Shown here one piece after another: positions 51,180 to 63,486 of a DNA stretch of 64,000 nucleotides. How positions within the stretch are numbered: the first letter of the stretch is position 1; every line of letters starts with the position of its first letter. Source of the stretch: Camelus ferus (Eukaryota); assembly GCF_009834535.1 (NCBI RefSeq), contig NC_045696.1:34288001-34352000 (forward strand), written 5' to 3'. The notes beneath the pieces were generated by a model. That model worked only from the letters and a program-made list of their open reading frames with translations, did no database searches and was not told where the DNA came from. The position numbers and the translations under genes were made by a program.

Positions 51180-54084
51180 CTGGAGAAAGAAAGATTTGGC
51201 ATTATTCCCATTTGAAATTTAGAAAGCCTGAATTGGAAGAGATTGGATACCTTATTTAAGTTACCAAACTGGTTAATGGCTTGACGAAATTGAGTCAAGT
51301 TAGTTCAGTTCTAATGCAAGTCTCCTTCATGATCTTTATACCTAGTTTTCTCATGAATACAGGGAGATAACTGTAATTTTCCAGTTGCCATACCAAATAC
51401 AGAATAAATGAAAAATTGTGAAATGGTATTAAAAATATTAAGATTAACATAAACAATGGCTGTAGGTAAAACACAATTATAATGTAACTGAGAACTGCAT
51501 CAAAATTACTAAGAAATATGAATTTATTGATATTGACTATCTATTGAGATAATCTGAGTTTTTAGCTAGAGCGTTGGATTATATAGCACTTTAATGTTGT
51601 TAATGTTTCTTTAACTGAACTTGGTCAACTGTAGTTTTCCTATTGTACAATCATAGTAGACTTAGTAACTACTTGTTTTGACACATCACATATTCTTCAA
51701 CATTTTTGCCCAGCTATACTATAATTATAGTGTGTGAAACACCATGCTGCAATTCTTTCAGTTGTGGAGACAAAGAAAAACGTGGCAATAGATAAAAACA
51801 TTATTTAAGAGTTGGTGTTTACCTTGTTCACTACTTCTCAACTCATTTTTAAAGATTAACTAACTATGGCCCAATTCACAGTTCTATAGTGACAAACCTG
51901 GAGCTTTCTAGTTAAGTTGTCTGTCTACCCCATCACTTTGCACATACTTGGAAATAACTCATGAATTTAGCTAACTAGAAGGAGAATTTTAATGATTTAT
52001 ATAAAAGAATCTATCTAAATTATGAAACCAATTTTTCTGTTGCTATTTTAGTTATGATAGTATTCTCTAGAGACTAAGCAAATACTCATTATTTTATGAC
52101 ATGGATTATTTCCCAATCCAGTCTTCCCTGCATATTATGGAATTATTAAATTATATTTATTCAACCTCTTCAGACCTTTCTATTTGACTTCCTTCCAAAA
52201 GAAGGAGCAATTATCTGATGAATTTAATGAATGAATAAATTCAATCTGAATAATTACAGAAAAATAAAATTCTTTCCCATAGACTTAGGAAGAGTTTCCT
52301 TACTTTAGTGCTTTAATTTGTATTATGAGTTTTCATTTTATTCTGCAGTATTTTTTCCAAAATAAAAAAGGGTACTTAAAATAATGCTTTTAAAAAGTGA
52401 CTTTTTGATGTCATGGAATGAGTCAGTGGATCTTACTTGTGAGGTTTATGAGGGCAAGTTAATCTTCTGTAGTTAGCCAAATAACTCAAGGAAAACATAG
52501 CCATTAAGGAAAGGTTACAGAATTTAGGCCCACAGTATTTGTGTCCTGTCTACATTACTTACATCCTTTCACAACTTTCCAGCTTTTTCATTAATTTTGC
52601 ACTTTTACAGTTATCTTAGTGCAGTCAGCTTAATTGAAAGAAACAAGGGAACTTCAACTTAGTCTTAACTAAGTTCAATATTATCAAAGTAGTATAATTT
52701 AATTAAAATTCCTTTCTGACAAAAGATCAAGAAATAGACTATTAATTTCTTGCCTATTAGTACATTTGTCCCCACATATGTAAGAAAAACAATAAACAAG
52801 ACCTTTAAGCACTGATGCTTTCTGGATCTTTTATCTAAGCTTTCTTTGGAAAGAACCTGTTTGTGATAACTTAATTCATCCTAAAGAGTTTTAAAGCTGT
52901 GAACTTAAAACTGACTGAGATTCTGGCCTCTTTCTCACTGAGATTCAGGATTTTAAAATGTAGTAACTTATCTAAAGAAGCAGCCCAGTTACTCACCCTC
53001 TACTTACTCAGAGTGACCCTGGCTGAGTGTTGCGACTGGGTCTTGCCTGCTGGGTCGAGTGTCTGTGCACTGAATAGCAAGTGGAGTATCTCTAGGGCAC
53101 AGTGACTTATTGCAGCCTGCAAGGTGCGTTTTCGTTACTGATGCCTAAGTAAATTTGTTCGCTGCACTAGCAATAGCAGAAGCATCTGAAAACTTACGTC
53201 GCCTTTACATCATAGGTGAGATTTTTCACGCATCTTCACTGAATACAATCTACCCCCCCCCCAGATATACTACAGAATTGTTAGCTCCAAATGCACAAGT
53301 CCACACATGGCATTCAGAAACATCCTTCTGTGTAGAAAGTACATACATTCCTGATCTGTTTGTTGAGTTGATATAACCTTGGACTCTCTCCATGGCTGTC
53401 ATCTACAAGATTTGTTACAAATTACTCTGGGTACAAGTGTAAAATCAGGGTGGTCAATGTCATATCTTCTAGGGAAATTACTGTGTTCTATTAGGAAAGT
53501 TATAAATCTTAACTTACTCTGGCATTATTTTCACTCTGCTCTCATAAATGAAGAGCCATAGCCACATAGTCAGATATTTATGAGACCAGGGCTGGGACCA
53601 AGCAAATTATGACACAGGGAATTAAGATTTAAGAATTATGTGGGAGAGTAAAAACGTGAAGTAAATGCTAATGATGATCCAAAATCATTACCTGTAAAAG
53701 TTCAGCTAACAGTTCTTGAGTACTAAATGACAAGCATTATGTTTAGTGTTTTATATATAGGATCTCATTTAAATATATGATGTCAGAGAGCAAGGATGAC
53801 CTCAACAAGAGAAGAAAGATGGGCTGGAAAATACATGTTTAGTCTATGAGAAGCATTTATAGAAGATCATCTTTGAATGGCAGAAAGTTTTGTGAGATGG
53901 GAGAACAGAAAGCAGCTTTCAATGACAGGAGTTCCTTTTGGTGAGAAAGGATCTGGGATAGTCAGATCCAGGGTAAACTATGTCTTGGGGTGGGTCCACT
54001 GGTGGATTATGGGGGTGTTGCTTCATACAAAACATCTGTCCCAACATTGGCGAACTCTTCCAGTGCTGGAAAACTGACACCTTC

Positions 54085-54720
54085 TATTACAGAATCAAAT
54101 TTGGGTCTACCCCTCTACTCACAGTAAAGCCAATCTACTGACACTGGGTTGTGGTAAAGGAAAGGGTAGCAGATATTGCAGAGCACCAAGCAGGGAGTCC
54201 AGGCAGCTAATGCTACAAAACTCCAAACTCCCTGATGGCTTCCAGGGAACGGTTTTTAAAGACAAGGGTGAAGGAGAGAGGTTGTGGGTTACTGTGATCA
54301 GCTGGTGGACATCCTTTTGATTGGTTGGTGGTAAGGCAATTGAGAGTCAACAGCATCAACTTTCTGGTTTCAATTCATCTGGGGTCTGTGTGTCTATGGG
54401 CAGCATACAATTAACTTCTACCTGGTGGAGGTTTTAGTAACTGCAAAACAGCTCAAAGGATATGGTTCAGAATTTTATCTACAGCCCTTGAGGAGGTACT
54501 AAAGGTCCTTGACTTTGTTTAATGGCTAAACCATTACTATTTTGTTTTGCTTGACTGTTCTCCATTCTTTCTGTATTTTCTCACTTCTCTGATTAAATTT
54601 ATTTTTTTTTAACTTGGGGAAAGCCTAGGGGGCTAGTTTTTCTACAGACAAGGGGCAAGTGGAGGACATGGGGTGGGGATGTGGGGTCTACCCTGGGAAG
54701 GCCTCATAGGGTCCTGCTTC
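54085..54720 (-). mobile_element. ERV1-class solo LTR, MER41-like (cetartiodactyl type)
   Basis: aaagccaatctactgacactgggttgtgg...caggcagctaatgc...ccctgatggcttccagggaacggtttttaaagaca...gattggttggtgg...gggtcctgct. Confidence 0.7.
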
Positions 54721-54964
54721 CAAGAAGCACTCAAGTTTCTAGGATCAGTCAAAGCAGGTCTAGTTCTCATAGGCTGGAGCTGAAGGGACTCAGTCTACTG
54801 GGCTATGAGTCATTGATCTGAAAAGGCCATGAACAATAAAGGTCAAGTATTTTCTCAAGGTCAAATCTAGGTCAAAACACTGCAGATGTATTCCAACTAT
54901 CTAAAGAGTAAATCTCTAAGTGATGCCTTAGACTAAAGCCTTAACTAAATCCTGGCCCCATTAC

Positions 54965-55130
54965 CCCGCGTATCTCCCTTCTCCTTTCGCCCTCTACCTC
55001 AATTCTTTTTCAGGACATGCCTGCTTTGTGAAGTTGTGGATATAGAGAACTCGGTCCATTCAGCGACTGGTTTGCAGGCCCACTTCCGAAGACCGCCCCC
55101 AATTACTCCCTCTTCGCTTTCCGTACCTCA
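54965..55130 (-). promoter_or_regulatory. Candidate divergent promoter and first exon for the - strand unit
   Basis: ETS site cacttccg (55081) and GC box accgcccc (~55092). Minus-strand donors CGGG|gtaatg (54965/54964) and GAG|gtacgg (~55126). Confidence 0.4.
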
Positions 55131-55429
55131 GCTCTTTCCTAGCCACCCAACCGGGTAAAAAGAGCTACGGAGAAGGAGACGCAAAGGTTAGAAAAGGAAA
55201 AGGAGACATAAGTCGTCTTATTTTAGATGTTTTCAGAAAGGTTATTCACGTCATTTTCAGATTCTATGAACAGATAATCTCCAAGGTATCACTCAAGTTA
55301 AAGAGACGGGACTCTTCCCTCCCCCGCCCTTCTCCACGCATCAGTGGAAGGGAAAGGAGAAGGCTGAGACGAGGGTGGAGGGGGGAAAGTGAGAGAAGCG
55401 AGATGAGAAAGGAGTGTTGAAAGCAGGAG

Positions 55430-56060
55430 GGGATGAAGGCAAAAAGAGAGGAGTGTTTGGGGAGGTAGAGAGCCGGGGCGTCTGACCGCCCGCGCTCCGG
55501 ACCGCCCCGGCACGGCGCCCGAGTCCCGCATCGCGCAGCCAGCTCGCGGCCGCGAGAGCAGCCCGGGCACGCCGCTCTCCACCCCGCGGCGGCCGGCACC
55601 CCGCACCGCAGCCCCTGCCGGCCCGCCGGCCCGCCGGCCCGCCGCCCGGCTGGGGGTCCGGCTTCCTGCCCCGGACTGCTGCGGGAGCGCTCTCGGTGAG
55701 TGTGTGGCTCCGCGTCCTCCGAGGGAGAGTGCGCCGCGCCGGCGGCCGGCGCGCGGGTGGGGAAGGGGCGCGGGGGCAGCTCTGGGCGGGAGGGCCGGGA
55801 AACCCTGCGGGCTTGGAGCCGAATTCTTTTCCCTCACTTCTTTGGGGACGAAGGGGCAGCTCTGGAATTCAAGAATCGTCCTTTCGCACTTCCTCTACAC
55901 CCTTGCTCCTCCGGGCTGAAGTTGCGGGGAGCAGGCGTGGTCCAGGGCGGAGCAGGTGGTCCAGGGTGGGAGGAAGGGAGGGGTCCGGCCCGGCTCTGGG
56001 GTGAGGGGTGGCGATCCGAGCCCGCCACACCCCACCTCGGGGCAGACTCCCGGCGCTCCT
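55430..56060. promoter_or_regulatory. CpG island promoter
   Basis: Abrupt very GC- and CpG-rich segment in an AT-rich background, with GC-box cores (ccgccc) and an ETS-like cttcc. Confidence 0.95.
55480..55695 (+). other. Non-coding first exon of an unidentified + strand gene (TSS approximate)
   Basis: Consensus donor CTCG|gtgagt at 55695/55696 within the island, followed by a G-rich intron start. There is no ATG in 55480-55695. Confidence 0.75.
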
Positions 56061-58529
56061 GCCTTGAGGAGCTGCTGTGGTGGAGAGAGAGGGGGCCAGA
56101 ATCCATCCCTAGAAGGACAGGACAGCCTTCGAATCCATCCCTCTGTTGGATCTGGGGAGGATTCTGAGGCAATGATTAGAGAAATGTGAGGAACCTGACG
56201 GAGGCATAGATCAGGAAAAAAGCAGCAGTTTTCTAACTTAATTTCCCGAGGGTACGAACCCATGAGGTAAAAGGGCAGGAGAGAGCTTCCACCTCGCAAT
56301 CGTAATGTCTGCTTCGGGTCTTGCCCATGGAAGGAAGGCACCCTTCTCTTTAGAAGGGCGGTTGAGCAAAGGGGAAAAGGGGATTCGAGTGAGCGTTCAT
56401 CCTCAAGGTTCCTGTCCCCAAGGGGGCTGGGAGAGCCGCATCTGTGTGCTCAGAAAGTAAAGGAATAAAATGGAGGAGCTGAGGAAGAATACCTACGGTG
56501 ATTAGCATTTTGGGTGCCTCAAATGCTGTATTTGGGTTTTGGGTTATTTACATTTGCATAAAAGAAGTGACCCCTGATAGGGCACTGGATGGGAACAGAA
56601 GGTGCACTGCCATGCACTTTGGAAGAAACCTTGAGACTTCTTTTTCTGCTTTGTGAAGTACGTTCCAGGCACCTTGACGATTGGAATATAGTGAAGCTGA
56701 TTTGTTAAATGAACATTTAAGATGACATAAGCAGGGAGCGTCACCCGCCCCATTCCCTCAGTTTTTCTGGAATATCTATGTTATTGCAGTTTGATTAAAT
56801 TTTAGGGGGTGTGCTATACCAAAATCCAGGAAACTGAGACACATTCAAAATGGGTTTCACTCTGGTTCTATTTCCATACAATTCTTTGACATTTGATTTG
56901 GTGATCAGCAATCTAATGATTCTTAAGTTTAAGATGCCCCTGTGTTAACACAGAGTTGTGTGCACCGAGTTGTCTCTGTGTTAGTTGAGGGATGTGGGCT
57001 AGACTCTTAGCTGGCTTTCACTGAGGGGGTGGGAGTGTCAACAGCCAAAGCAAACCTAAGGAAGACTCTGTCATCCCTCTGGGCTCGCAGATGCTGTTCC
57101 TCCTTCTCTTCCCCTTTCTCCTTCTTCAAACTCAGAAGCAGTTTCGAGTGTCATCATATTGTGTTTCCTCCAAGGAAAGTGGAGTTCTTGCTCCCCACGA
57201 CCCCATGCAAATGTGTCTCAAGGTCAGGCTTGATAATGAAGTTTCGCTGTTTCCAATCGGAAGTGTTTCTATGATTTGGGTAGATTTTTCATTAAACTCA
57301 GAGGTTTGTAGAACAAACATTATACTTAAACTTACCTAGTATTAGTCTAGGAGTTCACAGATATAAAAATAACTTAGTTTACTTATTTTGTCCAAGAAAT
57401 TGTAGTATGTTTTCCCACACTTCCTTTGGTGAGTATGAATCATTTATCAAGCTTTATCCACTGAGGCTTATTACAGAGCTGATGAGCCTAAGGTATATGA
57501 AGGGATTGTTCTGTTTTAATGGTATATAAAGATCTCTTGGAATGAAGGTTTAAGGAATGATACAGTTGTTGCTACTTTACCTCCTTAGGCAAGTTTGATA
57601 GATGGCTGGGATTAAGCAATACTAGCACATTTACAAAGCCAGCTTTTTCATTGTTTTAAATACATAAATAGGTTACTAAACTACATCAGTGAAGTTTTTA
57701 AGCATGCTGTTCTTATAAAGACTACCATAAAGCTGCTTATAAGAATTATACAACACACCCACCTTTCTTAGAATTTTTGTTTGTTTGTTTTAATTTTAAG
57801 TTGGGTTCATGTCTCTTTCCAAAGACTTGCAAAACTGTAACTTAATTCTTAATGGGAAATGAGAGGAGTGATAGTTCGAATTTTTATCTAATAAATGTGG
57901 TCCTTTTGAATTTGATTAACTATTACTGAAATTATTTAAAAGATTTTTGAAGGGTACTTTCTAGTGTACTAGTAATAAATGGCTTATGTACAAAAACATG
58001 GACATGGTAATTTAAGAGGTGGGAAGAATGCTGTTTGAAGCACAGGAAATGAGATGCAGTATGTTGCTATCTGATTGTTATTAACTGAAAACACTAATAA
58101 TTCTTAAGTGATGGAGTCCTGAAACCCCTAGAGACACGTCTGTAGTGATCTGATACAGAACCACAGTCCTATGCCCCACAGTGAGAAACCTTGCTTTCCA
58201 TTCCCTCAGCTTTAGTTTAGACCAGAAATAACTAACTTCTGTTCTAACAGTCAAGAACCCTTGAAGTGCAGTAGGGAAGCTTGGAATTGGCATCTGTAAC
58301 AGAAACTACTACTTCCACTTGAAAAGGTACAAAGAGAAATGTTTCTGAGCCTAGGAATGAATGTAAATAGGCAGAAATTATATCAGTGAGTGTATACAAG
58401 TATTAAAGCAGAAGGACTGTGTTGACCTGATAATACCTTCAATTCCCTAGTGGTGTTTCCTTCTCTCAGAAGTGATATGTGGCCTCTTAGCCCACGGTAT
58501 ATATAAGTGTCTATTTTCTTCTCTGTACA

Positions 58530-60130
58530 ATTGGAAGCCATTAAAGCATTTCTAGTAGGAGACTATTTTACCAGGATCCTCTTGCAGTTGTGTCAAGATG
58601 ATCTCTTGAAAGACAAGAGCAGATGCAAGAAGGCTTCCTGTTAAGAGGCTACTAGGGTTTCTTAGCCTCTTCTTTAACCAGAGTGATATCCATGGAAATA
58701 ATGAGAAGTGGCCAAATTCTGGTTATATTTGGAGGTAGAGGTGACAAGACTTTGATGGATTAAATGTAGTTGTTGACAGCAGGAAAGAAATCAAGGCTCA
58801 TGCTTATTAGATTTCTGACCAGAGCAGCTGGAAGAATGCAGTTGCCACCAACAGATATGGGAAGACTAAGGAGAAGCAGTTAAGTTTTGAGCAGCCTATT
58901 AGACATTCATGTGCAGGCATCAGCAAGGTAGTTGGGACAGAGCTCAAGGGAAAAGTTAGAGTTGGAGATAAAAATGTGCGAGTCATCAGTATATAAATGG
59001 TATTTAAACAGCGGGACTTTATGAATTGATTAAAGGAGAGAATGAATTTAAAAGATCAGTCTGAGAAAAGAGCTCTAGAACAGCCTAAAATATGGACACT
59101 GAAAAGAATAGGAGCCAGAAAAGGAAACCGAGGAGTAGCAATCAGTGAAATAGGAGGAAATACAGAAGGGTATAATATCATGGAAACCAAAAGAAGAAAG
59201 TATTTTTAAGAGGGAGGACATTAGCTATGTCCAGTGCTGTGGGAGAGTTAAATTATATGAGGGTAAAGAATTGCTTTGAAATTTTACTTGACCTTGATAA
59301 GAGCTATTTCAGTTGAAACGGTGGTGAGAAAAGATTGACCGATAAGGACTGAACAAAGACTGGTGACCTAATGATTCTAATCCTAGGGATTTATTTTACA
59401 AATATACCTGCACTTTTGAAAAATAATGTATGTTTAAAGTTACTTCTTGTAGCTTTTTATGTAAGTAAACAATGAAAACAATAAACACCTGTAAATAGGA
59501 GAAACGCAAAATAAACTATGTGCATATATTTAATGGAACATTATCTAGATGCTACAATTTTTAAGGCAGATTTCTATGTACTAATAGGAAAAGATCTTCA
59601 GAGTATATTAAAGAGGAAAAGTTGCAATGCATTGTGCATGATATGTTATCATTTATTAAGGAATAAAGAAAATGAGCCTATTTATGAAAGTATATGCCAA
59701 AAAATGGGTAATAGTGGTTACCTACAGGGAGAGAAAGTGGGTGGTAGGGTACAGTATTGGGAGGGAGATTAAATTTTGTATAGACTTTAATACCTTTGAA
59801 TTATATAGATATAGATAAGCTATTCGAACTTTTAAATAAGTTTTTATACATAAATCTGAAAAATACTTTTAAAAAGTATTGTAAAGTAATGGTACAAAAG
59901 GAAGAACGGGATGTGAGGAAGGGAATACTCTGTATAAAATAACTTCTTCAAGAAAAGGATTAAAATTAGCTGGAGCAGGACACGGAGATTTGTTTTTAAA
60001 ATGGGAGCTTTAATGATGGAATTGGACCAGTGAGAATGAGCTAGACAGAAGGAAAAATTGATTAAAGAAAAAAAAATACAACTATGGGAGCAAAGCCCCT
60101 TAATAGTCGGTAAAGATGAATTACAGAAAT
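58530..60130 (-). mobile_element. L2 relics with an interposed L1ME fragment (about 59370-59830)
   Basis: ggaagccattaaagcattt...gagtcatcagtatataaatggtatttaaac...catggaaaccaaaagaagaaag is purine-rich L2 antisense. Confidence 0.7.
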
Positions 60131-60329
60131 TAGTCAGGAGTGGAACTAGGTTGATCAGGAACCGTTTCCCTCAAACCCCCAGATCTGCATCAGTCCTTTG
60201 GTCAGCTTCCTACATTCCTAAAGCGAAGTACTGCCTAGGACATCAGAATAAACTATTCTAAATTGACACTACTGTAAAGTCAGTTCTCGTGCCATTTGGA
60301 CACTCAACTTCTCATCGTATCTTTTTTTA

Positions 60330-62830
60330 AGCCTTTTTTTCGGTGGTGGTGGGCATCCTCTCTTGTTCCCTTAGCAGCTATAACACAGCTTGCTACTCTT
60401 TTCAAAACTGTCTCTGCCTCCTCACTTTCAGGATAATTCTTTACTGGGAATTCAGACTCTCCCAGAAATGAAGCTTCCTTACTACTTCTAACTCCTGTGT
60501 ATTTATCTGCTCACCTGCTCTCCTTCCTTCCAAACCTGTAGTCAAGCTGACCTCCCTCTCTGCTCTGGATCTCACAACTGCCGCACTCCAAACCTTGCAT
60601 CTTAAACCATTCTTTTATCACCTGCAACTTTAAACTCTTCTTAATTTCATGACTTCATCATTTAAGTATGTTATACTTATCATATCATTCCCATGTTTAA
60701 GCAAGCAGAAAGGTCTCTCATGATCCTGAACATCCCCTATATCTAGTCTCCTATTCATTCCTCCTTTACTCAACCAGCTTCTAGGAAAAAAGTAATTTTT
60801 ATTTCTTATCGCCATCTCCTCCCTTCCCCTTAACTCCTCTCCTCCCACGGTCTGGCTTCTACCCCCATCACTCCATGAAACTGCTCTGGCAGTGATCATA
60901 CTATTATTAAATCAGAGGTTACTGATCATTGAAATCTTATAGCCTGTTGACCTACAGAGGGGCATTTGACAAAGTAACCATTAACTGCTCATGCCTTTTC
61001 TTCCCTTAAACTCAAAGATACCTTCCTCTTCTTGAAGAAAGTCAGTGACTCTCTTTGTCCACTTCCTGTATCTTTGAATTTTCTTCACTTATTTGGTGAT
61101 CCTATTCCACTGTTCATCCTTAGTTCTCCTATCTACTCACTTCCATTTTTTTCTTATTCTCTTTTGGTCAAAGATCCCTATGAGAATCTAAAAACAAACA
61201 AGTCAGCAAACAACTATGGTATCTCTTCCCAGGGGAAAAAAAAATTCACATAAGTGCAAATATTTGCAGATAATTTTTGGCAATTAACCGACTCACTGAA
61301 TCCCATCCACGGGAATAAGAAATCTTTCCTAGACCTTCCTATAAAGTAATAATTCCATTAGTAACTGTGGTTTTAGTTACCTCCAAATGACTTGATAGAC
61401 CTAGTTATTCCAAATGTGAGGATGAATCTCAGTTCTGGTATCGTCCACTAAGGATCCTCTTTTGATGTATTCAAGTCATAACAACACAAACTACCTTCAT
61501 GATTTTTTTCTGTACCTTCATATCACATTATTTCTTCTTTACATAATTTCTCTTTAAATTGAATCACATCTTAAAATAAATAAGTAAATATAAAATTCTT
61601 ACCACTGTTTTTAACAGAAAGTCAATATTACTGCCTCAAGTAAGAGGCAATGGTTTTTTTGTAAAAAAAGGAGTATAGCAAAAAATGGTGATGTTATTAA
61701 ATTTTAATCAGATATTTATTGCCTTGAGCCTAAGACTTATAAGGGAGATTAGCAGAAGTAAAAACAATTTTTTACCAAACTGAAACTCTCTCAAAGGGTC
61801 AACCCAAAGGGAAAGAAAATTGGAAAGGGAATCAATTCCTCACTATGTGACACAGTGTTATTTAATGTCATGACCCAGTAGAAGTAAAGTCATGTGGGGT
61901 AGTACCAGTGGAACTTGAACTTAGGAAAATGCCCCTCTCTTCTGCATATCTAGCTCAAACCTCCCCATTAAGGTACAGAACCTGGAGATCACCATAAGAA
62001 CAGATAAATGACCTCCAGTTTCAATCGACAGGTTCGTAATTAAATTCATCTTCTTTCTCCACTAAATGTTTAAGCCTATTATATTCCATATCCCATTAGA
62101 GTAACTTCCAGGTTTTTTTTTTTTTTTAAATTTTTTTCTTTACCCAGCCAAATTTAGTCAATGCAATGGGTCTCTTGAATCTACCTTCCTGATCATCCAT
62201 CTACTTACTATAACTCAATATGCGTGACCTGGGCTCTTAAAAAACCTTTAGCCTCATCTCCCTGGATCTAGCCCTGCCCCCATAAATCATTTGCACTCCC
62301 CTCACCCGTCTCACCTAATTAATTTTATAGATTTCTATCCCATATTTTGGTGGCTCCCCGGTTCCTTCTGGGAACAAGCCAAGCCATGTAACTCAGTCTC
62401 CCAGCCTCCTGTTTCTGAATTTCTGTTCCTATTTACTTCCTGCCACTTCACCTTGCCCACCTGCAGCTATGCTTTAGCAACAGGGAACGACTCACACTTA
62501 CCTGACAGGGCAGTTTTCTTCTGTTCTTCACTTAGCTCTGAATAGCCTTTCTTCCATCTGGCAAATTCTTAGTCAGTTGCCAAAATGCATATTTATTTGT
62601 TTTCCTTTCCAGACCCCTTTCTTAGCCAACAAATAACCCCCTAACGTCCATTAGTTACGGACCTTTTGCAAGCTTCCATGCTACACTTACCATGCTGTAT
62701 TATATTTTAGTTATTTACATTTTTCTTCTCTCCATTAGACCAATGAGTCCTTGGAAGCAAGAGTTGAGTCTTTTTAATCTATTTCTCGAGACTGAAGGAA
62801 CCATAGTGCTTGGTACAAAGGGCATCAAAG
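60330..62830 (+). mobile_element. L2 relic (pyrimidine-rich), ending in an L2 3' end, with probable small DNA-transposon insertions
   Basis: catcactccatgaaactgctctggcagtgatca...gcatttgacaaagtaacca, and a 3' end cattagaccaatgagtccttggaagcaagag...catagtgcttggtaca. Confidence 0.65.
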
Positions 62831-63432
62831 GGCATCTCAGACTCTTGTGTTGCCTGGGGTAAGAGCTCCTATAAACAAGCTGTGACACCAAACTCTTCAC
62901 AGATACCCTTGGGTAGAAGTGATTTTCTAAAAATCACCTCAAAAACTTCTGTTTCTCTATTCAGTGGTGGCTCTATGGCATTTCACTCTTTCAAACCATC
63001 TCATAAAATTAAAAGGCAAAATAACTCAGAGAAGCTTCTTAATAATCCTCTGTACCCACAATCTCCAAGACAGATGGCTATTTTTCTTATATAATAAAAC
63101 CTCAAGGTAAGAAAATTATATAACCTCACTCAGTAACCCGATTAAGTGCTCAGCTATCTTAATTTTTTATGCAGTGTGTATTGACATTGCTGTAAGTCAT
63201 TTCTATTTTTTTAAATGGACAATGTGTGGTTACATTTTCCTTGTATCAGTCTTTTCATCTATTTCAAAACAATGTCAACTAATATTGAACAGAATTATCT
63301 CAATTAAATCAAGAGTTATTGATACTCATTCACCTTTTGCAAATGCTTAACTTTCAACTTTATCCAAGATATGGAAGTCTTTGGGTCCAGTTCAACATAA
63401 ACATTTTCTATTTTTGTGTTATTTCTCCATCT

Positions 63433-63486
63433 TATAAATATATATATTTATATATATTATAACACTGATATATATATCAGTGTTAT
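63433..63486. repeat. Two adjacent perfect palindromes (20 bp and 28 bp)
   Basis: tataaatatatatatttata (63433-63452) and ataacactgatatatatatcagtgttat (63459-63486). Confidence 0.95.

Noticed and set aside
53685..53705. Minus-strand cttttacag|gtaatg as a recursive splice site
   Set aside because: The polypyrimidine tract is short and the motif is common by chance; it is unsupported without RNA data.
55264..56341. Cluster of 70-180 aa ORFs on both strands
   Set aside because: They are Arg/Gly/Pro/Ala-rich by-products of the stop-poor GC island, several cross the splice donor, and none has a recognisable domain.
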